64,000 bases of DNA from Nitrospinota bacterium (GTDB lineage Bacteria; UBA8248), in NCBI GenBank assembly GCA_030754595.1, contig JASLZZ010000109.1, positions 28,226 through 92,225 on the forward strand. The letters are read 5' to 3'. This document shows, in pieces, positions 47,405-59,003 of the stretch. Made by a program: the position numbers and the translations under genes. The notes beneath the pieces were generated by a model, which did no database searches, was not told the origin of the DNA, and was given only the letters and a program-made list of their open reading frames with translations. Within the stretch, counting starts at the first letter, position 1; every line of letters begins with the position of its first letter.

Positions 47405-48283
47405 TCAGCCATGCCGGCCGACGCCAATAGCGGCCATTCCGATCATCGTCATTAGAATACCCGCTACCACGCGGCGGTTCAGTCGCTCAAGGTCGCGAAG
47501 GAATATCGCCGACAGCACCATCACGAACACAGGCGTTGAGCTCATGATCGGAATAGCCAGAGACAACTGCCCCTTGAGTGAGAAACTCATAATAACCTGT
47601 TGCGCGCTGTTCAGCACGATGCCCAAGAAAATAACGGGAGCGAGGGCCCACCCCGCACCCTCCCAGGAAAAAATGTTGGGGAGTATTTTGCGAAAAACTT
47701 CAGCCATCGGCACGGCTATCAAGGCCCCCCAAGCGGTCAGAAATACGGGGGCCGGCATAATGTGCATGCCCCGGTTACGCATATAGCCACCCGCCGTGAA
47801 CACCAGCATGCAGGTCAGTGACCACCCGATTCCGGCATGAAACCATCTTCCCTCGGAGGGAGAGTAAATTGCCGTTATGACACCAATAATCACCAGCGCC
47901 GTTCCGAAAAAAACAAGAGCGCCCGGCTCCTCTCCCAATACCAGAATCGCAACCACCAAAGCGGGGAGCGGGGCCAGACTGGTGATCGTGACGTGGCGCG
48001 AGGGGCCCATCGCCCGCATCCCCGTAAAAAAAATCCACCGGTTGATGCAATAATTGGAAATTCCCAACACCCCGAACCAGGCAAGCGCCTCCCACCGGAA
48101 AATGGTGATATCGAAAATCCAAAACCCAATAAACCCCAGAATAAGCGCATTTCCCAGGTTTGCGGCCTGAGCGAGGGCAAAGGAGCCCATCTTCGGCAGC
48201 GCACGGGCAAACGCAATACTCGAGGCCGCCGCCAAAATAGCCGAAGTAAGAGCCAAGAGAATGGTTTCGCTCTCGGGAGTCAA
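47405..48283 (-). CDS. EamA/DMT family transporter
   Basis: 10-TM pattern; tandem paralogue of the neighbouring gene. Confidence 0.85.
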   Translation of the reverse strand: MTPESETILLALTSAILAAASSIAFARALPKMGSFALAQAANLGNALILGFIGFWIFDITIFRWEALAWFGVLGISNYCINRWIFFTGMRAMGPSRHVTITSLAPLPALVVAILVLGEEPGALVFFGTALVIIGVITAIYSPSEGRWFHAGIGWSLTCMLVFTAGGYMRNRGMHIMPAPVFLTAWGALIAVPMAEVFRKILPNIFSWEGAGWALAPVIFLGIVLNSAQQVIMSFSLKGQLSLAIPIMSSTPVFVMVLSAIFLRDLERLNRRVVAGILMTMIGMAAIGVGRHG

Positions 48284-48874
48284 GAAACTTCCCTTTCGAA
48301 TATTTTTTAAAACGAGATGAGCGCCTTCCGGGAAGCGGCATCATATGGCCCCCTGACGGGAAGAACCACCCGCACAAGAAATCCGGCCAAGTCTTGTTGG
48401 TGTGGAGCGAAATGGGTTTGATGTGGAGCAAAACGGGCAAGTCATTCGCACAACCCAGGGCATCACCCGGAGATCAAAGTTCTCAATTTTAAACCTTCGA
48501 AATTTTTGGGATTACAGGACCGAGGAAAAATAAAAGTTTTCTCATTGCAAGAAGGGGCTAAGTGTTAGAATATAAAGGAGATGGGTGCCCCATTTAGCAT
48601 TAAATTGTGGAAAGTTCCATAATCATATAAAATTTAGCTACTTATATTAATGATTTCTGGGCTGGCATGGGGTTTGGGCCGGCGTTTCTGGCCTCGCAGG
48701 CCATGGATTCCGGGGATATTCATTGGGGAGAAAATCGGAATCGATTATTTTTTAATTAATTTGCCTGCGTTCATGATTTTGCTTTATATCGCGAAATAGA
48801 CTGAACAGGGACTTAAAATGGAACCCAGAACGTCGAAATACGCGGAGAACGATGCCGCTTAATTCAGTTTCGAA

Positions 48875-50374
48875 ATGGAAGGTCCCAAAATGTCACTGAT
48901 CAACCAACGAATTCACCCTTGGCTCCGAAAAGCGGGAATTCCTGTGTTTTTTGCGTTTCTCTTGGCCATCGCGGTGGTAGTCGGGACGCTAGCCCGCACC
49001 GCTCCCGCGGCAGGAGTAAACACGCTCCCGTCCCTGGCTAATTTGGCCGAGCGCCTGAAACCATCTGTCGTAAACATTAGTTCCGAGACCATCATTCAAT
49101 CCCGGGGAGGAATTCCCGGCCTTCCGGGTGACCCGTGGAGCGAGCTGTTTCGTCGTTTTTTCGAAGGGCAGCAGCCTCCCGGATTCCCGGGGCCGAAAGA
49201 ACTTCCGCGCCAAAGACAAAAAAGATCAAATCTTGGCTCCGGTCTCATCGTCGACTCCAAGGAAGGGCTGGTTCTCACAAACAACCACGTAATCGAAAAA
49301 GCCTCGGAAATCACCGTGGTGACGCAGGATCAAAAACGGCGAAAGGCCACAGTCGTCGGTCGGGATCCGAGAACGGACATCGCTCTTTTGCGAATCGAGA
49401 TAAAGGCCGGCGAAAAGCTTCCCGCCGTCAAACTCGGCGACAGTGACAAATTGCGCGTAGGAGACTGGGTGATGGCGATTGGAAATCCTTTTGGCCTCGC
49501 GCACACCGTTACCGCGGGAATCGTCAGCGCCAAGGGAAGAGTAATCGGCGCCGGCCCATACGATAACTTCATCCAGACCGACGCTTCGATTAACCCCGGA
49601 AATAGCGGCGGGCCGCTTTTCAATCTGTCCGGGGAGGTTGTCGGAATCAACACCGCGATTTTCAGCCGCGGCGGAGGAAACATCGGCATTGGTTTCGCCA
49701 TCCCGATCAATCAAGCAAAAACCCTTATGCCCCAACTCCGCAAGGGTACAATTGTCCGGGGATTTTTAGGCGTTTCGATTCAGCCCGTGGACGAAACCCT
49801 CGCCAAGGCCTTGAAGCTCGATAAGGCCCAGGGCGCTCTTGTATCGAGTCTCCTAAAAGACGGTCCGGCAGCCAAGGCCGGAGTCAAGCGCGGCGATGTC
49901 ATCCTCTCGCTCAACGGAGTCAATGTGAAAGATCCCCGCACTCTGTCCCGTATGGCCGCCGGGCTTTCTCCCGGGGACAAAGGGAAACTCGGAATCTCAC
50001 GCAAGGGGAAATCCTTAACCATCTCCCTCACCATCGGGAAAATGCCCGGCCAGACCCGGGTAGCCAGCGCCACCGGCAAAGCGGAGTTGGGAGATAAACT
50101 CGGCCTCGAGGGCCAAAATCTCACCCCCGATATCGCCAAGCAAATCGGAGCGGAATCCAAAGCCGGCGTTGTCATCGTCAGGGTGATGCCTCAAAGCCCG
50201 GCGGCAAACGCCGGTCTCAGACGAGGCGATGTAATTATCGAGGCCAATCAAAAAACAGTAATAACCGTTGACGACCTTTCGGCTGCGATCAGGCGGAATA
50301 AAAAGGAAGACAACTTGTTTTTGATCGAACGCCGCGGGGCTACCCGCTTCGTTGTAATTGAAGGAACCGGGTAG
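48875..50374 (+). CDS. DegP/DegQ (HtrA) serine protease with two PDZ domains
   Basis: LGSG, TNNHV, DIAL, IQTDASINPGNSGGPL. Confidence 0.95.
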   Translation: MEGPKMSLINQRIHPWLRKAGIPVFFAFLLAIAVVVGTLARTAPAAGVNTLPSLANLAERLKPSVVNISSETIIQSRGGIPGLPGDPWSELFRRFFEGQQPPGFPGPKELPRQRQKRSNLGSGLIVDSKEGLVLTNNHVIEKASEITVVTQDQKRRKATVVGRDPRTDIALLRIEIKAGEKLPAVKLGDSDKLRVGDWVMAIGNPFGLAHTVTAGIVSAKGRVIGAGPYDNFIQTDASINPGNSGGPLFNLSGEVVGINTAIFSRGGGNIGIGFAIPINQAKTLMPQLRKGTIVRGFLGVSIQPVDETLAKALKLDKAQGALVSSLLKDGPAAKAGVKRGDVILSLNGVNVKDPRTLSRMAAGLSPGDKGKLGISRKGKSLTISLTIGKMPGQTRVASATGKAELGDKLGLEGQNLTPDIAKQIGAESKAGVVIVRVMPQSPAANAGLRRGDVIIEANQKTVITVDDLSAAIRRNKKEDNLFLIERRGATRFVVIEGTG

Positions 50375-50385
50375 GAGTGGGAAAA

Positions 50386-51312
50386 ATGGCGAAAGGAATA
50401 GGTACAAGCGATAGCCTCATCGAAGCGGCCTCTGTAATATGCGGCCAGCTTGGCGCTCGTGCGGTGTTCGTTCACGCCGACGCCATGAAGGATCTAAATG
50501 CGCTCTCACAGCTACCCCCCGATGTGGAGCGTTTCGTCACCACCTGCTCACCCGAGCTCTTTGAGGAACTGGAGGAATCCGACTGCCGAGTTTTCCAGCT
50601 TCCCCCGGTCTCCCTAAACCGGATTGACGCCATAAAAATGGGAGTCGTCATCGCCCTGAGCGAGGGAGCCATTACCAAGGAAGACACCATCGTTTGCCTC
50701 TCCGGTCTCTCGGAAAATGAGCAAATAGACACACTTATCGTGTTTCGGCTGGATCAAGAAAAAGAAATGATGCTAACCTCCGAGACGCAAAACGAACTAA
50801 ACGGGGTGGACCCGAAGGTATTTGAAACCATCCTCTCCCTTTCGCTTGAATTGGCGGCCGAGGGGCGCGAGGGAAAGCCCAGGGGGGGTCTCTTTGTCCT
50901 CGGAGATCACGATAGCGTCCTTCAATACTCCCGGCAGATGGTGATCAATCCGTTTCATGGCTACCCGGAAGAGCAGAGAAACATCATGGACCCAACCCTC
51001 CGGGAAACCGTAAAAGAGTTCAGCGCGATTGACGGCGCCTTCATCATTCGCGGAGATGGGATAATAGAAGCTGCGGGCCGCCACCTCAGCGCCGCCGGGG
51101 ACATCGATCTGCCGCCCGGCCTCGGAACTCGGCATATGGCGGCGGCCGGCATTTCGGAAGTGAGTACTGCGACCTCGTTCGTTATTAGCGAATCCACGGG
51201 AACCGTAAGCGTTTTCAAGGATGGAAAAATATTCTTGCAAATCGGGAAATCCCGGTCCATAAAAGGAAAAAAAGTTAAAAGTAAATCATCCATTAAAGGG
51301 AAACCGAGATGA
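50386..51312 (+). CDS. Diadenylate cyclase (DisA_N/DAC domain, DacZ-like architecture)
   Basis: EGREGKP, IDGAFII (DGA motif), GLGTRHMAA, SESTG; extra N-terminal domain. Confidence 0.85.
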   Translation: MAKGIGTSDSLIEAASVICGQLGARAVFVHADAMKDLNALSQLPPDVERFVTTCSPELFEELEESDCRVFQLPPVSLNRIDAIKMGVVIALSEGAITKEDTIVCLSGLSENEQIDTLIVFRLDQEKEMMLTSETQNELNGVDPKVFETILSLSLELAAEGREGKPRGGLFVLGDHDSVLQYSRQMVINPFHGYPEEQRNIMDPTLRETVKEFSAIDGAFIIRGDGIIEAAGRHLSAAGDIDLPPGLGTRHMAAAGISEVSTATSFVISESTGTVSVFKDGKIFLQIGKSRSIKGKKVKSKSSIKGKPR

Positions 51313-51446
51313 TCGCTGCCAAATTATTCAAAAGGGTAAATGTTTACGGTGTCCTTTTCGTCTTGTTCGCAGGCGGCATTGCCGCCCTTCTGGGATTTGC
51401 ATCAATTCTGTTGATGCTCGACATGGTCGGGATTTCGATATTCTAG
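51309..51446 (+). CDS. 45-aa small membrane protein
   Basis: ATGA overlap with the cyclase stop; MIAAKLFKRVNVYGVLFVLFAGGIAALLGFASILLMLDMVGISIF. Confidence 0.55.
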   Translation: MIAAKLFKRVNVYGVLFVLFAGGIAALLGFASILLMLDMVGISIF

Positions 51447-51467
51447 CCCCGACGGGATTTCGCCCGT

Positions 51468-52220
51468 ATGGCTCTCGATACTTTCGATCGGTATAAAAAC
51501 AACCCTTATCTATCCCCTATTTCGACCGGCACGCTCGAAAAAATCGGGGGCCTTTGCGGCCTCTCGGATTCATCCGCCGTTGTTGACGTGACCTGCGGGA
51601 AAGGCGGCGCCGCCTTGACCCTCGCGGAAAAATTCCGGTGCATCGTGACAGGCGTCGAGGCGCGGGCCAATTTCGCCGAAGAGGCGCGCCGGAGGGCCGT
51701 ATTCAGGGATCTCGATCATTTTGTGAATATTGTTGACGCCGGACCGGACCATCTTCCTTTCGACGATTATTATTTCGATCTGGCCTTGAGGGTGGGCCAA
51801 ACCGTTCCCCCCGCCTCCAGGGAAACCGTCGCGGAATTGAGTCGGATTGTCCGGCCGGGAGGATGGATAGCGCTATCTGAAGCCGTATGGAAATCCGGCC
51901 CGCAGGCTGCCCCCGGGCCGGCTGCCGACGAATGGCCCCGCGAATTCGCATCGAACCGCATAGCCGGCATGGAAGAACGAATCACTGAATTTCGAGAGGC
52001 CGGTTACGCTGTCGATCTCGCCGAACTTGAGTCAGATACGTCATGGGAGCACTATTATGCCCCTCAGGCCAAGGCCATATTAGACAATAGACGGGAATAT
52101 AACGGATCTTCCGAAGCGCAATCGACGCTGGACCTATGGCAAAAGGAACTCCATTTCTATCATACTGGAGGCGGAAAGGATTCGCTGGGTTACGCCTGTT
52201 TTTTGCTGCGTTGCCCTTAG
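51468..52220 (+). CDS. Class I SAM-dependent methyltransferase
   Basis: VVDVTCGKG, LPFDD.YFD, RIVRPGG. Confidence 0.85.
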   Translation: MALDTFDRYKNNPYLSPISTGTLEKIGGLCGLSDSSAVVDVTCGKGGAALTLAEKFRCIVTGVEARANFAEEARRRAVFRDLDHFVNIVDAGPDHLPFDDYYFDLALRVGQTVPPASRETVAELSRIVRPGGWIALSEAVWKSGPQAAPGPAADEWPREFASNRIAGMEERITEFREAGYAVDLAELESDTSWEHYYAPQAKAILDNRREYNGSSEAQSTLDLWQKELHFYHTGGGKDSLGYACFLLRCP

Positions 52221-52313
52221 TCTCAAGAGGGGATTCGGATAAACGAGAATTCAGGGTATTTCGCCAGCCGTCATCCCTTAATGAAACCATTGTCTCTTTA
52301 AGAGGGGCAGGCG

Positions 52314-53426
52314 ATGAATACTGAGGCCAAAGGAAAAAAAGTGCGTACGCTGGGAGTTTTGACTGGGGGAGGCGATTGCCCCGGACTGAATGCCGTGATT
52401 CGAGCAATCGTTCTCACCGCGGAGCGGGAGGGCGTTCGCGTCCAAGGCATTCGAAACGCGTTCAGCGGGCTGATTCACAAACAATTCACCGAACTCGACT
52501 CCTCGAAAGTAGACCACCTTTTGCAGTACGGCGGAACGATGCTGGGAAGTTCAAACCGGGACAACCCGTTTCAGTCCATGATGACGATTGACGGCGAACG
52601 CCGGGCGGTGGACGTTTCAGAGACCGTTATCAAAAACTTCCATGAAGCCGGCCTTGACGGCTTGATCGCCATCGGCGGCGACGGCACATTAATAATCACC
52701 CACAAACTCACGCAGATGGGCCTACCGGCGGTATGCGTGCCCAAAACGATAGACAACGATCTCATGGCAACCGATGTTACTTTCGGATTCGACACGGCGG
52801 TGGGTATCGCCACCGAGGCGATTGATCGAATCCGGACCACGGCGGAGAGCCACGGCCGCTTGATGGTTGTCGAGGTCATGGGCCGGAATGCGGGTTGGAT
52901 TGCCCTTTTTTCGGGACTGGCGGGAGGAGCCGACGTCATCCTAATTCCGGAGATTCCGTTTTCTCTCGAAGCCATTGTCAATGAAATAAGGTCCGACCGG
53001 TCCACCGGGAAAAACTTTAGCATTATCGTCGTGGCCGAAGGCGCCCTGCAGAAAGACGGCGAAGTCGTCGTCAAAAGAACGGTGGACGATCCAACGGAGC
53101 CTCGGCGATTAGGCGGAATCGGAAACGTCTTGGGCCAACTCCTCGAAGAAGAAACGGGGCTCGAAGCCAGGGCGACCGTGCTCGGGCATATCCAACGGGG
53201 CGGAACCCCATCGACCTACGACAGAAATCTCTCGACGCGCTTCGGTGTGCATGCCACCCGAAGCGCCATCGATGGGAATTTCGGCCATCTGGTTGCCCTT
53301 CAAAAAGGACTCATCGAATTGGTGCCCCTGGCGGAGGCCGCCCAAGGCCAACGCCTGGTTTCGCTCGACAGCGATTTTATCCGGGTCGCGCGGGCCGTGG
53401 GCATTTCATTCGGCGATGAAGCGTAA
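52314..53426 (+). CDS. pfkA: 6-phosphofructokinase (PfkA family)
   Basis: LTGGGDCPGLNAVIR, IGGDGT, PKTIDND, EVMGR, LGHIQRGG. Confidence 0.93.
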   Translation: MNTEAKGKKVRTLGVLTGGGDCPGLNAVIRAIVLTAEREGVRVQGIRNAFSGLIHKQFTELDSSKVDHLLQYGGTMLGSSNRDNPFQSMMTIDGERRAVDVSETVIKNFHEAGLDGLIAIGGDGTLIITHKLTQMGLPAVCVPKTIDNDLMATDVTFGFDTAVGIATEAIDRIRTTAESHGRLMVVEVMGRNAGWIALFSGLAGGADVILIPEIPFSLEAIVNEIRSDRSTGKNFSIIVVAEGALQKDGEVVVKRTVDDPTEPRRLGGIGNVLGQLLEEETGLEARATVLGHIQRGGTPSTYDRNLSTRFGVHATRSAIDGNFGHLVALQKGLIELVPLAEAAQGQRLVSLDSDFIRVARAVGISFGDEA

Positions 53427-53459
53427 TTCAACTGCTCGGATGCACTGCACGGAGAATCC

Positions 53460-54935
53460 ATGAACGAAATTCTTACCCTGACCGCCCGCGAGTTGTCCGA
53501 AAAACTTCAGGCGCGGGAAGTTTCATCCGAAGAGGCGACAAGAACCTATCTAGAAAGAATCGATGAAACCGACGAGCGGGTTCACGCCTACCTGAAGGTC
53601 CTGGGCGACGAGGCGCTAGAAACCGCCAGAGAAGCCGACAAGCACCTGGGAAACGGGGGCGGAACCTCGCCATTGCTCGGCCTTCCCGTTGCCGTGAAAG
53701 ACCTTCTTTGCATGAAAGGCACGCCCACGACTTGCGGATCGAAATTCCTCGAAAACTTCATCGCACCCTATGACGCTACGGCGGTTCGCCTTCTAAAAGA
53801 AGCGGGCGCCGTTATCGTCGGCAAGCTCAACATGGACGAATTCGCCATGGGGTCATCCACCGAACACAGCGCCTTCGGTGCGACGCGCAATCCCTGGAAC
53901 ATCGAGACCATCCCCGGAGGCAGCAGCGGCGGCTCCGCGGCGGCGGTCGCGGCGCGGACATGCGCCATTTCACTGGGGTCCGACACGGGAGGCTCGATCC
54001 GCCAGCCCGCCGCGTGCTGCGGCGTTGTGGGGATGAAACCCACCTATGGGCGCGTATCCCGGTACGGGCTGATTGCCTTCGCAAGCTCCCTGGACCAAAT
54101 CGGCCCCTTCACTCACACGATCTACGATTGCGCCATGATGCTGAATGCCATCTGCGGCCACGACCCGCTGGACTCCACATCGTCCGGCGAAGCCGTTCCC
54201 GACTACACCGAAGGCCTGGGCGCCGGTGCAAAAGGGCTTCGCATCGGCATTCCAAAAGAATATTTCATCGAAGGGATGGACCCTGAGGTCGAGGCGGCGG
54301 TTCAGGGCGCGATTGAAGTCATGGAAGACATGGGGGCGGAGATTCAGGAAATCTCGCTGCCATACACGAAGTACGCTTTACCGTGTTACTACATCATTGC
54401 CCCGGCCGAGGCGGGCAGCAATCTTGCCCGCTACGACGGGGTTCGCTTCGGGCTCCGCGTCCAGGAGGATTCGTCAGAGTACGGCCCCCTCCACGGGATG
54501 TACGCCGGCAGCCGGGAGAGCGGATTCGGCGAGGAGGTCAAGCGGCGGATCATGCTCGGAACCTATGCGCTTTCGTCCGGTTATTACGACGCCTACTACA
54601 CCAAGGCGCAGCGGGTGCGCACCCTGATCTGCCGGGAGTTCCGGGAGGCGTTCAAGTCTCTAGACGTCATCATGTCGGCAACGACACCCACCCCCGCTTT
54701 TCGCTTCGGGGAGCGGATGGACGATCCCATCAGCATGTATCTTTCCGATATCCTGACAATTCCGTGCAACATGGCCGGCCTCCCGGGAATCAGCCAGCCC
54801 TGCGGACTCACCTCGTCCGGACTTCCCATCGGGCTCCAGTTCGTCGGCAGGGCATTCGGAGAGCAGGACGTCCTGCGCGCCGCGGCGGCCTTCGAGGGAG
54901 CCACCAGCCATCATCTCGCTCTCCCGCCTCTTTAA
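53460..54935 (+). CDS. gatA: Asp/Glu-tRNA amidotransferase subunit A
   Basis: [46 protein letters not shown]. Confidence 0.96.
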   Translation: MNEILTLTARELSEKLQAREVSSEEATRTYLERIDETDERVHAYLKVLGDEALETAREADKHLGNGGGTSPLLGLPVAVKDLLCMKGTPTTCGSKFLENFIAPYDATAVRLLKEAGAVIVGKLNMDEFAMGSSTEHSAFGATRNPWNIETIPGGSSGGSAAAVAARTCAISLGSDTGGSIRQPAACCGVVGMKPTYGRVSRYGLIAFASSLDQIGPFTHTIYDCAMMLNAICGHDPLDSTSSGEAVPDYTEGLGAGAKGLRIGIPKEYFIEGMDPEVEAAVQGAIEVMEDMGAEIQEISLPYTKYALPCYYIIAPAEAGSNLARYDGVRFGLRVQEDSSEYGPLHGMYAGSRESGFGEEVKRRIMLGTYALSSGYYDAYYTKAQRVRTLICREFREAFKSLDVIMSATTPTPAFRFGERMDDPISMYLSDILTIPCNMAGLPGISQPCGLTSSGLPIGLQFVGRAFGEQDVLRAAAAFEGATSHHLALPPL

Positions 54936-54950
54936 AGAAAGGGAGAAGTC

Positions 54951-55988
54951 TTGAGCGATGTCCGCGAAATCACCGAGCTATTAGGCGACGGAATCGCGGA
55001 GGAATTGAGGAAAAGTTTGCATTCCGTTGCGGAAGCGCTTCCGGAAAGCTACCGGTTCGATACGGTGGACCTCTCCCATGAAAACCGCAAAAAAGGCGCC
55101 CGCCAGCTCTACGACCAGGCGATGGAATCCATGAAACGCACCGGAATCGGGATAAAATACCCCACCGCCACCGTCGAGGAGAGTCCAAACGCCGTTTTGC
55201 GGAAACTCCTGAAATTTTCCGTGATTCACAGGCCCGTCACCACTATTCCGGGAATCAAAACGAATTTCACCGGGAAAATCGATCTGGATATCGTCCGCGT
55301 CGCGACTGGCGGAACCTACGGCGACCCGGGGCAAATGATCGGCGAATACGCCGCGGCGGATCTCCGCGTGGTCGATCGGAGGACCTGTGAGCAAGCCGCC
55401 CACTACGCTTTTTCCATCGCGCTACAGAACCGCAAGTCGCTTACATCGTCGAGCAAGTACACCATCCAGCGGGTGACGGACGGCCTCTTCGAGGACATCG
55501 TTGACGATGTGGCCGAGGAATTTCAATTCTTGGGCCAGATCGAACACCGCCGCGAGCTTTTCGATGCCCTGTTGGCGAAGTTGGCGATGGACCCGGAACA
55601 ATTTCAGGTCGTTCTCGTCCTCAACGAATACGGGTATTTTCTATCCGACCTGGCAAGCGGCCTCGTAGGGAGTCTCGGCCTGGGCGCTTCGGTGTCTCTC
55701 TCCTTCAACGAAAAGGGGCGGGCGGAGGTCGCCATGTTCGATGCCAGTCACGGCACTGCCCCCGATATCGCAGGTGAGGACAAGGCCAACCTTACGGCCA
55801 TCCTTTTGGCTTTCTCCATGCTTTTAAAACATATCGGAAACAACCGCTCCGCGGACGCGCTTCGGGGCGCTCTGTTCGAGTGCATCGGCGAGGGAGAGAC
55901 GACCGGCGACCTGGGAGGCTCCCACGGGACGGTATCGTTCACCCAAATTCTCCTCGAACGGGTCGGCTCCGTCTGGCCGGGTAACTGA
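54951..55988 (+). CDS. Isocitrate/isopropylmalate dehydrogenase family protein
   Basis: GDGI, SPNAVLR, FLSDL, HGTAPDIAG, TGDLGG. Confidence 0.85.
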   Translation: MSDVREITELLGDGIAEELRKSLHSVAEALPESYRFDTVDLSHENRKKGARQLYDQAMESMKRTGIGIKYPTATVEESPNAVLRKLLKFSVIHRPVTTIPGIKTNFTGKIDLDIVRVATGGTYGDPGQMIGEYAAADLRVVDRRTCEQAAHYAFSIALQNRKSLTSSSKYTIQRVTDGLFEDIVDDVAEEFQFLGQIEHRRELFDALLAKLAMDPEQFQVVLVLNEYGYFLSDLASGLVGSLGLGASVSLSFNEKGRAEVAMFDASHGTAPDIAGEDKANLTAILLAFSMLLKHIGNNRSADALRGALFECIGEGETTGDLGGSHGTVSFTQILLERVGSVWPGN

Positions 55989-56137
55989 AAGTGCCCGCGG
56001 CTTCAAGCCCCAAGCTTCGAGCCTCACCCGGGGCTTCAAGTCTCATCCAAGTAACGGGATTGTTTTCTTGGTGGGGGCGGGCGAAAATCACCGAATCGCG
56101 GCGTTTCATTTTTTTCATCAAGAGGATTTAAAATTCG

Positions 56138-57586
56138 ATGGATTTCGAAACGATCATCGGGCTCGAGGTTCACGCCCAGCTGAAAACAAAGACTAAAATT
56201 TTCTGCGGCTCGAGCGCCGCCTTCGGCGGAGACCCGAACGCGCATACCTGCACGGTGGATCTCGGTCTTCCCGGCGTTCTCCCCGTTTTGAACCGGGAGG
56301 TGGTTGAATTCGCCATCCGGCTCGGGGTCGCCATCGGCGCCAGGATCGCGCCCATGTGCCGATTCGCGCGGAAACACTACTTTTACCCGGACCTGCCCAA
56401 GGGCTACCAGATCAGCCAGTACGAAGAACCCCTGTGCGAGGGCGGGGAGGTCAGGATTTATCCCAAAAACGGGGAAATGCGCCGGGTCCGGATCACGCGG
56501 ATACATATGGAAGAGGACGCCGGCAAGCTCATTCACGGCGAGGAGATGGACGACGCCGCCCACTCCTACGTCGATCTGAACCGCGCGGGCGTCCCGCTCC
56601 TCGAGATCGTCGGCGAGCCCGACCTCCGGAGCCCCGAGGAGGCGGAAACCTACCTCAAGAAAATTCACGCCCTCGTCTGTTATCTGGATATCTGCGACGG
56701 CAACATGCAGGAGGGGAGCCTGCGCTGCGACGCCAATATCTCGATTCGCCCCCGCGGCTCCGAGAAGTTGGGCGAGAAGGTCGAAATCAAAAACATGAAC
56801 TCTTTCCGCAACCTTAGGCGCGCGCTTGAATACGAAGAAGAGCGCCAGCGGATCGCCTACGATGAGCGGGAGCCCATCGTTCAGGAGACCCGGCTTTTCG
56901 ACGACTCGACCGGCACAACGCGCCAGATGCGCACCAAGGAATACGCGCACGATTACCGCTACTTTCCGGACCCGGACCTCGTTTCCCTCAAGGTCGATAA
57001 GGAGTGGATCGACGAAGTGCGCGCGGCGCTCCCCGAGCTCCCGGACGATAAACGCGACCGCTTTCAAAGTGAATACGAACTCCCTCTGTACGATTCCGAA
57101 GTCCTCTCGGCCGAGCGCGCGCTCGCCGATTTTTTCGAGAGCGCCGTGAACGAAGCGGGGACCGGGTCGGCCAAGCAGGTGAGCAACTGGGTGATGGGCG
57201 ATATTTTAAGAGTCTTGAACGAGCGAAAGCTCGAAATCGATCAAAGCCCCGTATCTCCCGGACAACTCGCCCGGATGGTCGATTTGATCGAGAGCGATGT
57301 AATCAGCGGCAAGATCGCCAAACAGGTGTTCGACCTCATGGCCGAGACCGGAAAGGACCCCGAGACCATCGTCGAGGAAGAGGGCCTGCGCCAGATTACG
57401 GACACCGGGGCCATCGAGGCGTCGGTGGACGAGGTGATCGCCGCCAATCCCGGCGAGGTCGAGGGCTACAGGGGCGGAAAAACCAAATTGATGGGCTTTT
57501 TCGTGGGCCAGGTCATGAAAGCGACGCAGGGGAAAGCCAACCCCCAGGCCGTTCAAAAAATGCTGCGGGAAAAACTGGACGCCTGA
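56138..57586 (+). CDS. gatB: Asp/Glu-tRNA amidotransferase subunit B
   Basis: [47 protein letters not shown]. Confidence 0.97.
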   Translation: MDFETIIGLEVHAQLKTKTKIFCGSSAAFGGDPNAHTCTVDLGLPGVLPVLNREVVEFAIRLGVAIGARIAPMCRFARKHYFYPDLPKGYQISQYEEPLCEGGEVRIYPKNGEMRRVRITRIHMEEDAGKLIHGEEMDDAAHSYVDLNRAGVPLLEIVGEPDLRSPEEAETYLKKIHALVCYLDICDGNMQEGSLRCDANISIRPRGSEKLGEKVEIKNMNSFRNLRRALEYEEERQRIAYDEREPIVQETRLFDDSTGTTRQMRTKEYAHDYRYFPDPDLVSLKVDKEWIDEVRAALPELPDDKRDRFQSEYELPLYDSEVLSAERALADFFESAVNEAGTGSAKQVSNWVMGDILRVLNERKLEIDQSPVSPGQLARMVDLIESDVISGKIAKQVFDLMAETGKDPETIVEEEGLRQITDTGAIEASVDEVIAANPGEVEGYRGGKTKLMGFFVGQVMKATQGKANPQAVQKMLREKLDA

Positions 57587-57759
57587 ATAATTGAGGGCGA
57601 GGGAGCGTCGCGGGCGATTGGCTAAAACCCGGATTTCCCATTAAGACCTTCGGTTTTCCCGCCCCTCAGGATGATTACGACACATAATTCAATCGGTTAA
57701 ACCTTCCTCTCGTCCGCTGGTGGAGCGCGCCCGGTGGGTGAAGCCCAAAAGAGACACCT

Positions 57760-58188
57760 TCAGCTCGATTCGACCGGCGCCGGGAAATACAGGCATATCC
57801 CTCTGTTATGCCATATCAGTCCTGGATGTAAGCGTCTTTGTACTGGAGAAGATTCCCGGCCGGGGCTAAAAATCTGGAGGTCCTGGGAGCCCTCCTCCAG
57901 GGACTGGAGCGCGTGCTCGACATTGTATCTAAAAAGAATCACGTCACCTTCGCCGACCTCCCGCTCTTCATCGCCTTCCACCCGAAACCTGAAACGGCCC
58001 CGCCGGATGTAGGACACCTGTTCCTCCGGATGGCGGTGCGCCGAAACCTCCGCCCCCTTGCTGAAAGTCCACAGCGCAAGCATCTGGTTCTCGCCCACCA
58101 CCATCTGAAGCTCGTTATGGCTCTCGGGAGGGATGTTGGGATGGCTGATGCGGGCCTTCGGTATGGTATTCCGGTTCTGAAATATCAT
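57760..58188 (-). CDS. Cupin-domain protein (3' end uncertain, possible frameshift near 57855)
   Basis: HRHPEEQ and GDVIL..VEH cupin motifs; GGAGGA upstream of ATG 58188. Confidence 0.75.
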   Translation of the reverse strand: MIFQNRNTIPKARISHPNIPPESHNELQMVVGENQMLALWTFSKGAEVSAHRHPEEQVSYIRRGRFRFRVEGDEEREVGEGDVILFRYNVEHALQSLEEGSQDLQIFSPGRESSPVQRRLHPGLIWHNRGICLYFPAPVESS

Positions 58189-58348
58189 CGCTCTTTCCTC
58201 CATACACTGCTCATCACCGGAATTAAGCGGCAGGCAACCAGCGAAAATAACAAAACGGGGGGCCCCGAAGAGGCCCCTCGCGTAGCCAACCTCGAATTTT
58301 GAGGCCCGCTTCCCCCGGCGAGGTCCCCATCTGGGCGGAGGCTTTCTG

Positions 58349-58669
58349 TCAGGAGGAAGCTTCCCGGACAAAATCCACCGCCTCGAGACGATAAGCGCTG
58401 GGCGGCCCTTCCATCAGATCCCCGAGCAGCGCGCGGAAATCCTTGTAGTTGGGCATCTCGCGGTGGGCGTCGAGCGCGGCCTGATCCGTCCAGCACTCGA
58501 TGAAGTGAAAACTTCCGCTGCCGTCGATGGGGGTGAAAAGGTTGTAGAAGACGCAGCCCGCCTCGGCGCGCGAGGGGGCGCACATCCCCCGGAGGAGCGC
58601 CTAGGCATCAGATTCTTTTCCGGCTCGGGGCTTGAGGGTGGCGAAGATGAATACGCGGTCGTCGGCCAT
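58349..58669 (-). pseudogene. ABM/putative quinol monooxygenase with in-frame TAG at 58601-58603
   Basis: ATG 58669 (GGAG RBS): MADDRVFIFATLKPRAGKESDA-TAG-ALLRGMCAPSRAEAGC..FIECW..ALDAH. Confidence 0.8.
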
Positions 58670-59003
58670 GATGGATCTCCCATGAATATTTTTTGAGGAC
58701 GATTGCCGCCCGCGTGATTATTCGCCGAGCGCCTCGTTTGCCGTATGGCTCTAATCGGAATTATGCGGCAGCGCTCTCCCCCTTTCAAATTCCGACCTTA
58801 TTTTCCCCTGTCGGCGGCGATTGCCTCTTCTATTTTGGCGAACAACTTCTTTTTGAAGAGCTTTACACTCTTCGACGACTTATTGGAGGCGCTTAGGCCA
58901 ATTGTATTTTTCGATATACACAAAGCTGGGCAATTTCCAGACCTCCTTGCCCCCGAAAGGACCTCCAACAGACTTCGGCTAAATCGATTGACCGGCCAAA
59001 TGA

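Noticed and set aside
55998..56050. GCTTC(A/G)AG triple repeat before gatB
   Set aside because: Three 8-mers with irregular spacing and no supportable function
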